Under the pieces are notes generated by a model, which saw only the letters and a list, made by a program, of their open reading frames with translations, did no database searches and was not told the DNA's origin. A stretch of DNA of 32,000 nucleotides from Candidatus Saccharimonadota bacterium. GTDB lineage: Bacteria; Patescibacteriota; Microgenomatia; UBA1406; GWC2-37-13. Below are positions 18,438-27,143 of this stretch, piece after piece (position 1 is the stretch's first letter; each line of letters starts with the position of its first letter). A program made the position numbers and the translations under genes. The DNA lies in contig MGBH01000001.1 in the NCBI GenBank assembly GCA_001790095.1, forward strand, positions 870,001 through 902,000, given 5' to 3'.

Positions 18438-18677
18438 ATGAAGAAAAATTTCTTTCATTTTTTTTCTCCCAGCTCGTGATTTTAAATATTTTTCTCTTAA
18501 AATAGCATCTGTCTCATTTAAAAAATCTTCAACATATATTATACGCCACGGACGATACTTTCTCGTATATATTGACTTACCACTATTATGCTCTAGAAGC
18601 CTTTTTTCAACATTATTCGTATATCCAATATAGCTTTTCTTTACCACTATGCTCCTCAATATGTATATATAATACAT
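18423..18677 (-). CDS. GIY-YIG nuclease superfamily protein (small UPF0213/YhbQ-like)
   Basis: MYYIYILRS...KSYIGYTNNVEKRLLEHN...E..LK matches the GIY-(10-11)-YIG, R and E/N pattern. 84 aa. The last five codons and the stop lie inside the 5' end of tRNA-Gln. Confidence 0.8.
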   Translation of the reverse strand: MYYIYILRSIVVKKSYIGYTNNVEKRLLEHNSGKSIYTRKYRPWRIIYVEDFLNETDAILREKYLKSRAGRKKMKEIFLHSEIV

Positions 18678-18686
18678 TTGATGTGT

Positions 18687-21299
18687 CTAGTTTTTGATTA
18701 CAAAATTAAGAATTTTACCCTGTACGTATATTGTTTTGTATGTTTTTCCTTCCAGATACTTGTTCACCTTTTCATCTTTTAGGGCTTTTTGTTCTGCCTC
18801 TGCTTGAGATGCTTGAGATACGAGAGTGATCACCCCACGCACCTTTCCGTTTACTTGGACTGGAATATTACGATAAGAACTCATGAGATCTTCTTGCTTG
18901 ACGCTTGGCCATGGGCTAATACATATAGAGGTACTTTCTTTATATATCTCCCTCCATAGCTTCTCAGCCACAAATGGAGCAAAAGGAGACAATATTTGCA
19001 AGAACTTCTTGGCTTCAGTATAAGGCAAAGCCATACTCCCCTTCTCCCACTCATTTAAGAACTCCATCATCGAGGCAATTGCGGTATTAAACTTTGTTTG
19101 AGGTATGTCTTTCTCCACCTTATGGATGGTTTTATATAAAGAGTTGATAAGTGTTTTAGTACCTTCATCATCACCTCGTCCGTCTATCTTAGCAGAGTTA
19201 TGATATATCTGCCAGATCCTGTTTAAAAACCTATATCCTCCTTGGAGAGCCGCTGTGGACCAGGAAATCTCCATATTAAAAGGTGCCATAAACATTTCAT
19301 ATATGCGAAGAGCATCAGCACCGAACTCTGCCACTACATCATCTGGGTTAATGACATTGCCAAAAGACTTACTCATCTTGCGATGATCCTCTGCCAGGAC
19401 CATTCCGACATTGCGCAACTTCAAAAATGGTTCCGAGAAGTCTAAAAGCCCTAAATCCTGCAGTGCCTTCACCCAGAAGCGTGCATAAAGCAAATGCAAG
19501 ACTGCATGCTCCGCACCACCTAAGTACCAATCAACCGGTAACCAGTGTTTTAAATCTTCTTTTTTCCATGGAAAATGTATCTCGTTTTGGTCGTCAGAAG
19601 AGGCAAATTTCAAAAAGTACCAACATGATCCCGCCCAGTTGGGCATCGTATCTGACTCCCTTCGTGCGGATAAACCGCACTCAGGGCAAGCCTCTTTTAC
19701 CCAATCTGTCATTTGTGAAAGCGGTGACTCTCCAGTACCAGTTGGTTCGTAACTTTTGACATAAGGGAGTTTAAGAGGAAGAGATTGTTCAAGTATTGGG
19801 AACCATCCCGCCATCTCTCCTTGTATACTTTGATCTACTTTAGATATAGATTGATGTTCTTTTTGAAAGGATTTACCTGCTTTTGTATCCCACCAAGATA
19901 TGCCCTTTTTTGCGCAGGATTCACAAAATACCATAGGTATCGGCTCACCCCAGTATCTTTGACGGGAAAAAATCCAGTCACGAAGGTGATAGCTTGCAAC
20001 TCGTTTACCCCAACTATTCTTCTCAATATAATCCATTGTTTTTTCAAGACCCTCAGCAAAATCAAGTCCGTCCAAAAATTTCGAGTTCATCATTTTCCCT
20101 TTCATCCCCTTCACAATGACTTGATCCGCCCGCTCTATAGGTGATCTATCTCCATTTTTTCCTTCAACCACACGAATGATGGGAAGCTTAAATTTTTGTG
20201 CAAATTCGAAATCCTTATAGTCATGTCCTGGACATCCCTGTACAGCACCTGTTCCTACATGTCCCACTACAAAATCTGAAACCCAAACCGGTACATTCCA
20301 TCCTCCAACATGATTGTATGCGTAAAGACCTGTAAATACTCCCGTTTTCTCTCTTCCTTCCGCTTGTCGGTCAATATCCGTTTTTTTGATCGATTTTTCA
20401 TAGTAATCTGTTACATTTTTACGCTCTGTTGCTGATACTTTGATCTTTCCTTCTATAATTTTTTTAACCAAGTGATGTTCGGGCGCAACCACAATAAAAG
20501 TCATGCCAAAATTAACCGGAGCCGTGGTAAAACAGATTATTTCCCCAATTGGGATTTGGTCATTGGAATTTACAATTTTATAGGTAATATTTATCCCTTC
20601 TTTTTTCCCAATCCAGTTCCTTTGCATCGTAAGTATCCCCTCCGGCCAGTCCAAACCATCTAAGTCTTTGAGCAATCGATCTGCATATGTGGTGATCCGG
20701 AAGATCCATTGAGGTAGGTCTTTTTTTGTGATAGGTTTACCGCACCGTTCGTGCGTACCATTTGGCAAAACCTCCTCTTCAGCCAGACCCGTCTTGCAGC
20801 TTGGACAAAAATTGATTGGTGTATTTTTCTTATATAGAAGCCCCATCTTAAAGAACTGGATAAAAAGCCACTGAGTCCATCGATAGTACTCTGGATCTGT
20901 CGTTGAGAACTCGCGACTCCAATCGTAGGAAAGTCCGAGAGACTGCATCTGACGCTTAAAGGTAGCAATATTTCCCGGCACAATATCTAAGGGGTTTTTT
21001 TGAGCTTTTATCGCCGCATTTTCAGCTGGAAGCCCAAACGCATCCCACCCCATAGGATGAAGCACGTCATACCCGCTCATTTTAAAATATCGGGCTAAAA
21101 CATCTGTACCTGTATAGATCCTCACATGCCCCACATGAAGCCCTGAGCCTGAGGGATACGGAAACATGGAGAGACAGTACATTTTTCCTTTGCCCGCTGT
21201 AGCTTGAGGGGAGGAGGGTTTTTCCGTTAAATATACCTTTTCTTTATTCCATAAATCTTTTATCTTATCTTCAAACTCTTTTGGCAAATATTTTGTCAT
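18687..21299 (-). CDS. leuS: leucyl-tRNA synthetase (bacterial type)
   Basis: HVGH (HIGH) in PYPSGSGLHVGHVRIYTGTDVLARY and KMSKS in RKMSKSFGNV. The editing-domain insertion is present. ATG at 21299 (MTKYLPKEFE); the track start at 21317 is a TTG. Confidence 0.95.
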   Translation of the reverse strand: MTKYLPKEFEDKIKDLWNKEKVYLTEKPSSPQATAGKGKMYCLSMFPYPSGSGLHVGHVRIYTGTDVLARYFKMSGYDVLHPMGWDAFGLPAENAAIKAQKNPLDIVPGNIATFKRQMQSLGLSYDWSREFSTTDPEYYRWTQWLFIQFFKMGLLYKKNTPINFCPSCKTGLAEEEVLPNGTHERCGKPITKKDLPQWIFRITTYADRLLKDLDGLDWPEGILTMQRNWIGKKEGINITYKIVNSNDQIPIGEIICFTTAPVNFGMTFIVVAPEHHLVKKIIEGKIKVSATERKNVTDYYEKSIKKTDIDRQAEGREKTGVFTGLYAYNHVGGWNVPVWVSDFVVGHVGTGAVQGCPGHDYKDFEFAQKFKLPIIRVVEGKNGDRSPIERADQVIVKGMKGKMMNSKFLDGLDFAEGLEKTMDYIEKNSWGKRVASYHLRDWIFSRQRYWGEPIPMVFCESCAKKGISWWDTKAGKSFQKEHQSISKVDQSIQGEMAGWFPILEQSLPLKLPYVKSYEPTGTGESPLSQMTDWVKEACPECGLSARRESDTMPNWAGSCWYFLKFASSDDQNEIHFPWKKEDLKHWLPVDWYLGGAEHAVLHLLYARFWVKALQDLGLLDFSEPFLKLRNVGMVLAEDHRKMSKSFGNVINPDDVVAEFGADALRIYEMFMAPFNMEISWSTAALQGGYRFLNRIWQIYHNSAKIDGRGDDEGTKTLINSLYKTIHKVEKDIPQTKFNTAIASMMEFLNEWEKGSMALPYTEAKKFLQILSPFAPFVAEKLWREIYKESTSICISPWPSVKQEDLMSSYRNIPVQVNGKVRGVITLVSQASQAEAEQKALKDEKVNKYLEGKTYKTIYVQGKILNFVIKN

Positions 21300-21329
21300 A
21301 TGATAGTAGTATACCAAACCTTAAACCAT

Positions 21330-22364
21330 TCACCCAGAGTCGAATTTATCAAGCAGATTCATCGCTTCTCTTTTTTTCTCTTCTGTTACTTTGACCACAA
21401 CTACCCCTAAATCGTATTGTCCGTATAGGACAATTGAATCAAGAGGTGCAAGAAGGATACTGGGCAAGGCTATAAGATCCTCTTCTCCTTGGATGACTAG
21501 TTGTTGAGTATGTCTATCCTTAAACCATCTGTCACGCAATACTCTTACTTGTTTTATCACAGATTGGCTAATAGTTCCCGGTGTATTGCGATATTGTCTT
21601 ACATTTTTAACTTTTAACTTTGAACTTTGAACTTTTGAAAGGGGCTCTCTACGACTCTTATAATCAATCACTGCCACTGATGGCTGAAATCCTTCTCTCC
21701 ACAAGCTTCCCGCAATGATATCTCCTATAGCAATAACCATGGATGGGTTGTTCTTTTCAATAGTATGTATTATCTTGTGTACGATTTCCTTTCTTTGATG
21801 ATAAGTACCGCGGATTAGGTCGCCCAACGGCTTTCTTAATAAGGTACGAAGTCCATCTGGCAATAAAAGTGGCGCTTTGTCAATAAGCCACTTATAATAA
21901 TTATTTCCGCTTCTATCTATATCCCCATAGCGTATCCGATCTGATGAAATCACCTGCCCGTCCCCCCCTTTTACAAGAGGAACAACGATTACGTTTAAGG
22001 GCTTCATATGAGCTTCTTTCCTTTTTTTATTTATGAGTAAGGCTCCGTTTTTTGTTGCTGATGTCACAAGTATTGCATCAACACTCATATCTTTAAGTGA
22101 ATTACCATACACGTTCGTTAAAGATATTAGTTTTATTTCTTGAGAATTTTTTTTAATGGTGGATATATATTCACGTATTCCTTTTTCACGAACTGCGTAT
22201 GTTTCAATGGTGCTTGCAAGTATTTTGTGCCTATATAACAGCTCTGTGGTGATACCTATCGTCACTTTTTTACCTATTGTTAAGGCTGTTTTGAGAAACA
22301 GTTCGTGCCCAGCATGAAAATGGTCAAATGTGCCACCGAGAATAATATGATTGTATTGTTTCAT
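21330..22364 (-). CDS. fusion of archaeal-type phosphopantetheine adenylyltransferase (N) and DUF359/GTP-dependent dephospho-CoA kinase-like domain (C)
   Basis: N-terminal nucleotidyltransferase motif GGTFDHFHAGH plus SSDRIR. The C-terminal half (LRKPLGDL...VIAIGDIIAGSL...PSVAVIDYKSRR...NTPGTIS...VIQGEEDLIALPSILLAPLDSIVLYGQYDLGVVVVKV) matches, from memory, the DUF359 pattern. Confidence 0.65.
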   Translation of the reverse strand: MKQYNHIILGGTFDHFHAGHELFLKTALTIGKKVTIGITTELLYRHKILASTIETYAVREKGIREYISTIKKNSQEIKLISLTNVYGNSLKDMSVDAILVTSATKNGALLINKKRKEAHMKPLNVIVVPLVKGGDGQVISSDRIRYGDIDRSGNNYYKWLIDKAPLLLPDGLRTLLRKPLGDLIRGTYHQRKEIVHKIIHTIEKNNPSMVIAIGDIIAGSLWREGFQPSVAVIDYKSRREPLSKVQSSKLKVKNVRQYRNTPGTISQSVIKQVRVLRDRWFKDRHTQQLVIQGEEDLIALPSILLAPLDSIVLYGQYDLGVVVVKVTEEKKREAMNLLDKFDSG

Positions 22365-22373
22365 GGTATTTAT

Positions 22374-22445
22374 GTCATCCCGGCGAAGGCCGGGATCCAG
22401 GTGCTTGGATTCCCGTCTTTCCCAAAGGGAAGTCCTTGACTCACG
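22374..22445. repeat. GC-rich intergenic element made of three consecutive hairpins (REP-like)
   Basis: Hairpins are CCCGGC-GAAG-GCCGGG (22379-22394), ATCCA-GGTGCT-TGGAT (22395-22410) and CTTTCCC-AAA-GGGAAG (22417-22432). They sit in an otherwise AT-rich divergent intergenic region. The element resembles the GTCATxCCCGCGAAxGCGGGAATCC-type palindromic elements seen in many environmental genomes. Confidence 0.4.
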
Positions 22446-22494
22446 GAGATAACAAATATGTGTATTTTATCATGCTTTCATATACAATGAATAC

Positions 22495-23004
22495 ATGAAT
22501 TTCATGATTACCCCGCTAACATATGCCGAACTTCCTTCTTTTTTTCCGGTTTTCTCCTCAGTTTTATCCAACGAGTTTCCCAGTTATAGTAAAAAGACCG
22601 TCCGTTATCTATTAGAAGAGATGTATACGCCGACCAATTTTACGTATTGGCTTAAAAATAGACTTAAGACCATCTTTGTTGCAAAAAATGAAGCGCAGAC
22701 AATAATCGGTTTTGCGGTCATTGATGAGCCGTACGGAGGAGTATCTCTATGCCGTTGGCTTGGAGTAGTAAAAGAGTATCAAAAAATGGGTGTTGGGAGT
22801 GCTCTTGTAGAGATGTGGATAGAACAAGCTATCAAAACAAGATGCCACAAGGTAGAACTTGCAGCTCAACCAACCGCAAGGGAGTTTTATGAAAAAGCAG
22901 GACTTACCCTTGAGGGACTACGAAAGAAATCATATTTTGGCATTGATCAATACGTGTTTGGGAAAGTGGTCGCAGATCCACAAGCAAATAAACTGCTTAA
23001 TTGA
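22495..23004 (+). CDS. GNAT family N-acetyltransferase
   Basis: Motif A: VVKEYQKMGVGSALVEMWIEQA (Q/RxxGxG/A). 169 aa, with the typical C-terminal FYEKAGL. Confidence 0.8.
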   Translation: MNFMITPLTYAELPSFFPVFSSVLSNEFPSYSKKTVRYLLEEMYTPTNFTYWLKNRLKTIFVAKNEAQTIIGFAVIDEPYGGVSLCRWLGVVKEYQKMGVGSALVEMWIEQAIKTRCHKVELAAQPTAREFYEKAGLTLEGLRKKSYFGIDQYVFGKVVADPQANKLLN

Positions 23005-23009
23005 AGTTA

Positions 23010-24158
23010 TTATCTTACTTCTACGTTTTCTTTTATTCTGTTTGAAATAACATTGACGGGAACATGCAGTTCATAGACTATATCAGAGGAGCCCCATTGT
23101 TTTACCTTAATTACAATTGTGCGTTGTCCAACTGTAGAATAAGTACACTCAAAAATCTTATAATTATATGGTTCTATAGACGTATTAAATGAACTCCTTG
23201 GATAATCACAGCTTATTTGATACTCATAATTATCATTAACACCAATGCTTATGTTGGTTACTGTTTCTAATTTTAATTTTGTACTCGTAGATATCGTATA
23301 TGGTTCTCTTACGTTAGTGTGATCTACTTCAGACCCTAGGATAGCCTCAATATAATTATCAAAATAACTATTATACTTATTGCTATTATTACCATAAAAA
23401 GAACTGGCATTAATATAACCTGTTCTTCCCCACATTTCTCCTTCTTTCAATAAAAAAATTTTTGGTACTCCACATATCCTTGATCCTTGAATATATCTGT
23501 AGGTTTGTTGTTCATCATTTAGTTTTTGAAAAATAACTGAATCATTTACACATACATATGGAGCGTTACAAACATAGATTCTTCCCGCATTGTTCGCATA
23601 GCTCCAAGAAGGTTTTCCAGCGGGATTATTATTACTTATCTCATAAATTTGCAACTTATCCCCAATGCATGGACCACCTTTTGTACCTGGTTGCGGTAAT
23701 AGGTTAGTATTTTGATTTATATTGTTTGATGGGATCGTTGGATAACTAAATAAGATAGAAGAGGTAGGATTAACAGATGGCGTTGGTGTAAGCGTTATGA
23801 TTGGTAATGAAGTAGAAGTATCGGTAACTGTAGGCACTCCACTCTCCTTTATCTCACACACATACATGTTAGGAGTATTATTTGTTGAGGTATAGATGAC
23901 AGTCTGCACAACACACGCTTCTCCTGCATTGCATTTACTAAGATCGGAAGTTGTACAGATTCTACATTGTTGTAATGAAGGATATGCAGAAGGAGCAGAG
24001 GTACCCATATAACAATAAGGACCTTCAGCTCTGGACTTAACAGAAAGAGTATAGGAAGAGAAGTATCTATATACTAATACGATACTAACAAGGATACTAA
24101 TAATAAGAATTCCCATTAATGTTGATTTAGGAAGACAAAGTTTGGTTGATGGATGCAT
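23010..24158 (-). CDS. membrane-anchored/secreted Cys-rich hypothetical protein
   Basis: Start taken at ATG 24158 (MHPSTKLCLPKSTLMGILIISILVSIVLVY); ATG 24116 is also possible. The longer track ORF runs through a G/C palindrome downstream of the rbp gene. TM anchor, multiple Cys residues, short PT linker, no recognisable domain. Confidence 0.45.
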   Translation of the reverse strand: MHPSTKLCLPKSTLMGILIISILVSIVLVYRYFSSYTLSVKSRAEGPYCYMGTSAPSAYPSLQQCRICTTSDLSKCNAGEACVVQTVIYTSTNNTPNMYVCEIKESGVPTVTDTSTSLPIITLTPTPSVNPTSSILFSYPTIPSNNINQNTNLLPQPGTKGGPCIGDKLQIYEISNNNPAGKPSWSYANNAGRIYVCNAPYVCVNDSVIFQKLNDEQQTYRYIQGSRICGVPKIFLLKEGEMWGRTGYINASSFYGNNSNKYNSYFDNYIEAILGSEVDHTNVREPYTISTSTKLKLETVTNISIGVNDNYEYQISCDYPRSSFNTSIEPYNYKIFECTYSTVGQRTIVIKVKQWGSSDIVYELHVPVNVISNRIKENVEVR

Positions 24159-24223
24159 AAATACAATATAGTTAAATCTGTACGGATTGTAAAGGAGTGT
24201 CACATAATTTAGTTGGATAACCA

Positions 24224-24237
24224 CCCCCCTAGGGGGG
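24224..24237 (-). terminator. CCCCCCTAGGGGGG palindrome downstream of the RRM protein gene
   Basis: Pure G/C inverted repeat 25 nt after the stop at 24262, in AT-rich surroundings. No U-tract follows, so terminator function is uncertain. Confidence 0.3.
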
Positions 24238-24261
24238 GATGGAAATCCAAACAAATTATAC

Positions 24262-24567
24262 TTATGCTTGAGGTGCGTCCGTTGGGGGCGCTGTACTTAC
24301 CGTATTGTTTTCTCTTGGAGGTCGAGCCTCAGAGACTACTAACTTTCTCCCCATGTGTTCTTGTCCATTAAACATATCTATCGCTTTTTGTGCTGCTTCT
24401 TCTGTATCAAACTCAACAAATCCAAACCCTTTTGAACGTCCTGAGTCTCTAAATCTGATGATAGTAGCTGTGATAACAGTACCGGCTGAAGCAAAGTGAT
24501 CTTTCAGAGCATTGTCGTCTGCATCATATGATAGATTGCCCACATATAGTTTCTTACTCATTGACAA
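24262..24567 (-). CDS. RRM-type RNA-binding protein (glycine-poor bacterial Rbp)
   Basis: RNP2 KLYVGNL and RNP1 KGFGFVEF. 101 aa. Preceded by a strong SD, AAAGGAGGUGA, 7 nt from the ATG. Confidence 0.9.
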   Translation of the reverse strand: MSMSKKLYVGNLSYDADDNALKDHFASAGTVITATIIRFRDSGRSKGFGFVEFDTEEAAQKAIDMFNGQEHMGRKLVVSEARPPRENNTVSTAPPTDAPQA

Positions 24568-24728
24568 ATCACCTCCTTTAAAGAATCGCTTACAAAATAG
24601 TAATAACCGTAGGTATTGTTGATAAACCCTCTATTGAAGATAATAGAGAAAAAACCGAGGCTAGAAAAAAAAGGGATAAAATAGCTCACAAAGAGTCTTG
24701 CAAACGAAAAATTCACTAACTTTAAAAG

Positions 24729-24757
24729 AGTATAGCATAAGTATAAAGACGTGTCAA
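24729..24757 (-). promoter_or_regulatory. sigma70-like promoter of the RRM protein gene
   Basis: Minus-strand TTGACA (24757-24752), 17-nt spacer, TATACT (24734-24729). Implies a 5' UTR of about 150 nt. Confidence 0.5.
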
Positions 24758-24773
24758 ATAATATCAATGCTCT

Positions 24774-25979
24774 ATGAAAATTGATATACTGAAAATACCA
24801 CCTATGTTATTTAGTCGTCTGAAGATTGGAGGATGTATGTTGTTTGCGTTTTTAATAAGTGCTTTTTTCATGCGCTATATAAGTTTCTCTGAAACTCCCC
24901 TTTCTTCGTCCATTCCAACCTCCAACCTCATCACACAGTTGTCAGAAAAACCCCTCGCTCCTGTCTTTGACGCACAAAAACTCCAAGATGATGTCGTAAA
25001 AATACAAACAGTTATTACAACTATTCCTCGTTTTTCTCTTATTTCTCATAACACTACTCCAACTGTTACTGAATCACCCGTTTCAAATCAATCATCAGCC
25101 AATAGCTCGGACGGAATGGGTTTTGTGAGGCTACCCACTACCCGCCCTCCTGTATCATCAAGCAGTTTTTCTTCATATTCCTCAATAATCCGTCCTACCT
25201 CTTCTCGCTCGCCAACCTCAATACCCCCCACTACGACTAAACCTAAACCAACTAAAAAACCAACCGCAATACCCACACCAACAGATGAACCAATCAAAAT
25301 ACAACGTCCGGGAAAAAATTATGAAGAGATGCTTTCTTATGTATCAAAACGCGCCTGTGTTCCTCCTGCTATGTTTAAAGCGATTGGACAAAGTGAAAGC
25401 GGCGGCCGCCTCAACTCATTATCGGAAAGTGACTTTGTTTTGTTCAACCGCTATAACTGGTGGAACGAACCATCTACTTCTCAGGCAAAGGTCTGCTATG
25501 GTATTGCATACAATCATCATACCGGTCTCATACCGCAAGACGCTCAGTATGCAGGAGCACGCTGTATGGGCGCAGAACCTCCCAGTGTGTCCACGATCGA
25601 CATACAGTCGCTTGGATTTCTCTCCATCTCTCAATGGGAAGAAGACTCATATCGTGATCGTGTCATAAAACTTATGCAGACAGATAAAATTGACAGACGG
25701 ACTATATTTGATACGCATATGATTGCAGGACTCCATTTTAAAAATGTTAGTACATATAGGGACGACGATTGTGAAGACTGGGAAGCAAAATACATCGCAA
25801 AAGTAGCATGTAAATATCTTGGAAAATGCCACTATAACTTTACCACTAGAAAAGGAGATTACTGTCAGGAAACATGCGACAATTACAATAAATATACGAC
25901 AGGAAAAAAAGCAAACTGTACTAATGTCTCCTCATACTTCGTAAACAATGGAGATGATGGAAAATGTACGTTTAAATAG
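24774..25979 (+). CDS. membrane-anchored S/T/P-linker protein with Cys-rich C-terminal domain (possible lysozyme-like/transglycosylase fold)
   Basis: TM near the N-terminus and an S/T/P-rich spacer (SSSSFSSYSSIIRPTSSRSPTSIPPTTTKPKPTKKPTAIPTPT). AIGQSESGG resembles the catalytic E-S motif of SLT domains, but the rest of the motif set is not evident. The start may be an internal Met. Confidence 0.4.
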   Translation: MKIDILKIPPMLFSRLKIGGCMLFAFLISAFFMRYISFSETPLSSSIPTSNLITQLSEKPLAPVFDAQKLQDDVVKIQTVITTIPRFSLISHNTTPTVTESPVSNQSSANSSDGMGFVRLPTTRPPVSSSSFSSYSSIIRPTSSRSPTSIPPTTTKPKPTKKPTAIPTPTDEPIKIQRPGKNYEEMLSYVSKRACVPPAMFKAIGQSESGGRLNSLSESDFVLFNRYNWWNEPSTSQAKVCYGIAYNHHTGLIPQDAQYAGARCMGAEPPSVSTIDIQSLGFLSISQWEEDSYRDRVIKLMQTDKIDRRTIFDTHMIAGLHFKNVSTYRDDDCEDWEAKYIAKVACKYLGKCHYNFTTRKGDYCQETCDNYNKYTTGKKANCTNVSSYFVNNGDDGKCTFK

Positions 25980-25984
25980 GCTTT

Positions 25985-27112
25985 TTATTTTGTCACCTGG
26001 AACGATTTGACTTTTTGAAGTAGTTCTTTTGCCTCCTTATTTTCCTCAAAATGTCTACGGACAGGTTGGAGTAATTGATCGAGAAGTTTAATAACTGCTA
26101 TCTTTAGATCCATCGGGTGAACCTGTTTTGCGGCAAATGCCGTTTCAAGTTCGGCATATGTCTTAAACGATACAGTCCCTCCAAACTTTGCAGGCCTTTC
26201 AATAACAAACTCCGGCCGACTTACCCCTAAGGTAGCTTCGCTACGGCAAAGTAAAGTGGGGTCGAAAGACTCAAAAATGATATATTTACAATATTCAAGT
26301 ACTGGATTTTCTTTTATATCACCCTCCAGACAATAGGCTTTATTGATTTTTCGTTTTATATCTTCAGTCGTATCGGTCATGAAGATGGCATTGTCAGGAT
26401 TTGATTTTGACATCTTATTCTCAACCGTTCTGGTAGCACGGTCAGCGCTTGCCGATGGCGGCTTACCCAAACCCATAAGCATATGATGCGATACAACCAC
26501 CGGTTTCCAGTATCCAAGCTGTGGTCCAATTTCACGCGCCAACATGTTTACTTTTCTCTGATCCATTCCAAGCTGCGTAATCCTTGCTCCTAATCGAAAA
26601 ATATCTGCTATCTGCATACAGGGATATATTATCTGGGCCGCAGTTAATTGTTCTGCTGAATCTTGTCTTCCCATAAATTCAGCTGTCCGGATAAAACGCG
26701 CTAATTTGTTTGTCATACCGACTCGTATCACCAGTTGCCAGTAATCGGAATCTTTTACCATATCTGAGGCCCATAGAAACTCCACTTTTGAAAGATCCAT
26801 TCCTGAAGCTCGCCATACTTCAATGAAATATTTTCCTGTTGTCTTGAGCTTTTCCAGATCGCCACCCATTTTATTGTTGGTCAAAGCATGCCAATCTGCT
26901 ACCCACATCTTAAATTTCACGCCCGCGCGTATCATCTTGTTTACATTGATTGCACGAAGTAATCCTTGTGCAATATGTATCTGACCTGATGGCTCAAAGC
27001 CATCATAGGCGATTAATTCTTCTTTACTTTCAAGTAAAGCCTTTAATTCATCCTGAGAAATGATTTCTTCTCCCACTTGGTTTATCAGATTAAGTCTGTC
27101 TTGTGTTTCCAT
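25985..27112 (-). CDS. tyrS: tyrosyl-tRNA synthetase, archaeal/eukaryotic type
   Basis: YDGFEPSGQIHIAQG (HIGH region), ADWHALTNNK, YPCMQIADIFRLGARITQLGMDQRKVNMLAREIGP, KMSKS. Confidence 0.9.
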   Translation of the reverse strand: METQDRLNLINQVGEEIISQDELKALLESKEELIAYDGFEPSGQIHIAQGLLRAINVNKMIRAGVKFKMWVADWHALTNNKMGGDLEKLKTTGKYFIEVWRASGMDLSKVEFLWASDMVKDSDYWQLVIRVGMTNKLARFIRTAEFMGRQDSAEQLTAAQIIYPCMQIADIFRLGARITQLGMDQRKVNMLAREIGPQLGYWKPVVVSHHMLMGLGKPPSASADRATRTVENKMSKSNPDNAIFMTDTTEDIKRKINKAYCLEGDIKENPVLEYCKYIIFESFDPTLLCRSEATLGVSRPEFVIERPAKFGGTVSFKTYAELETAFAAKQVHPMDLKIAVIKLLDQLLQPVRRHFEENKEAKELLQKVKSFQVTK

Positions 27113-27143
27113 ATGTGTTTATTATAGTTTATTTTTGAGAAAA

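Noticed and set aside
21600-21645. AACTTT/GAACTTT tandem-like repeat
   Set aside because: It lies inside the PPAT/DPCK reading frame and encodes the inter-motif segment KVQSSKLKVKNV. This is short coding low complexity, not an independent element.
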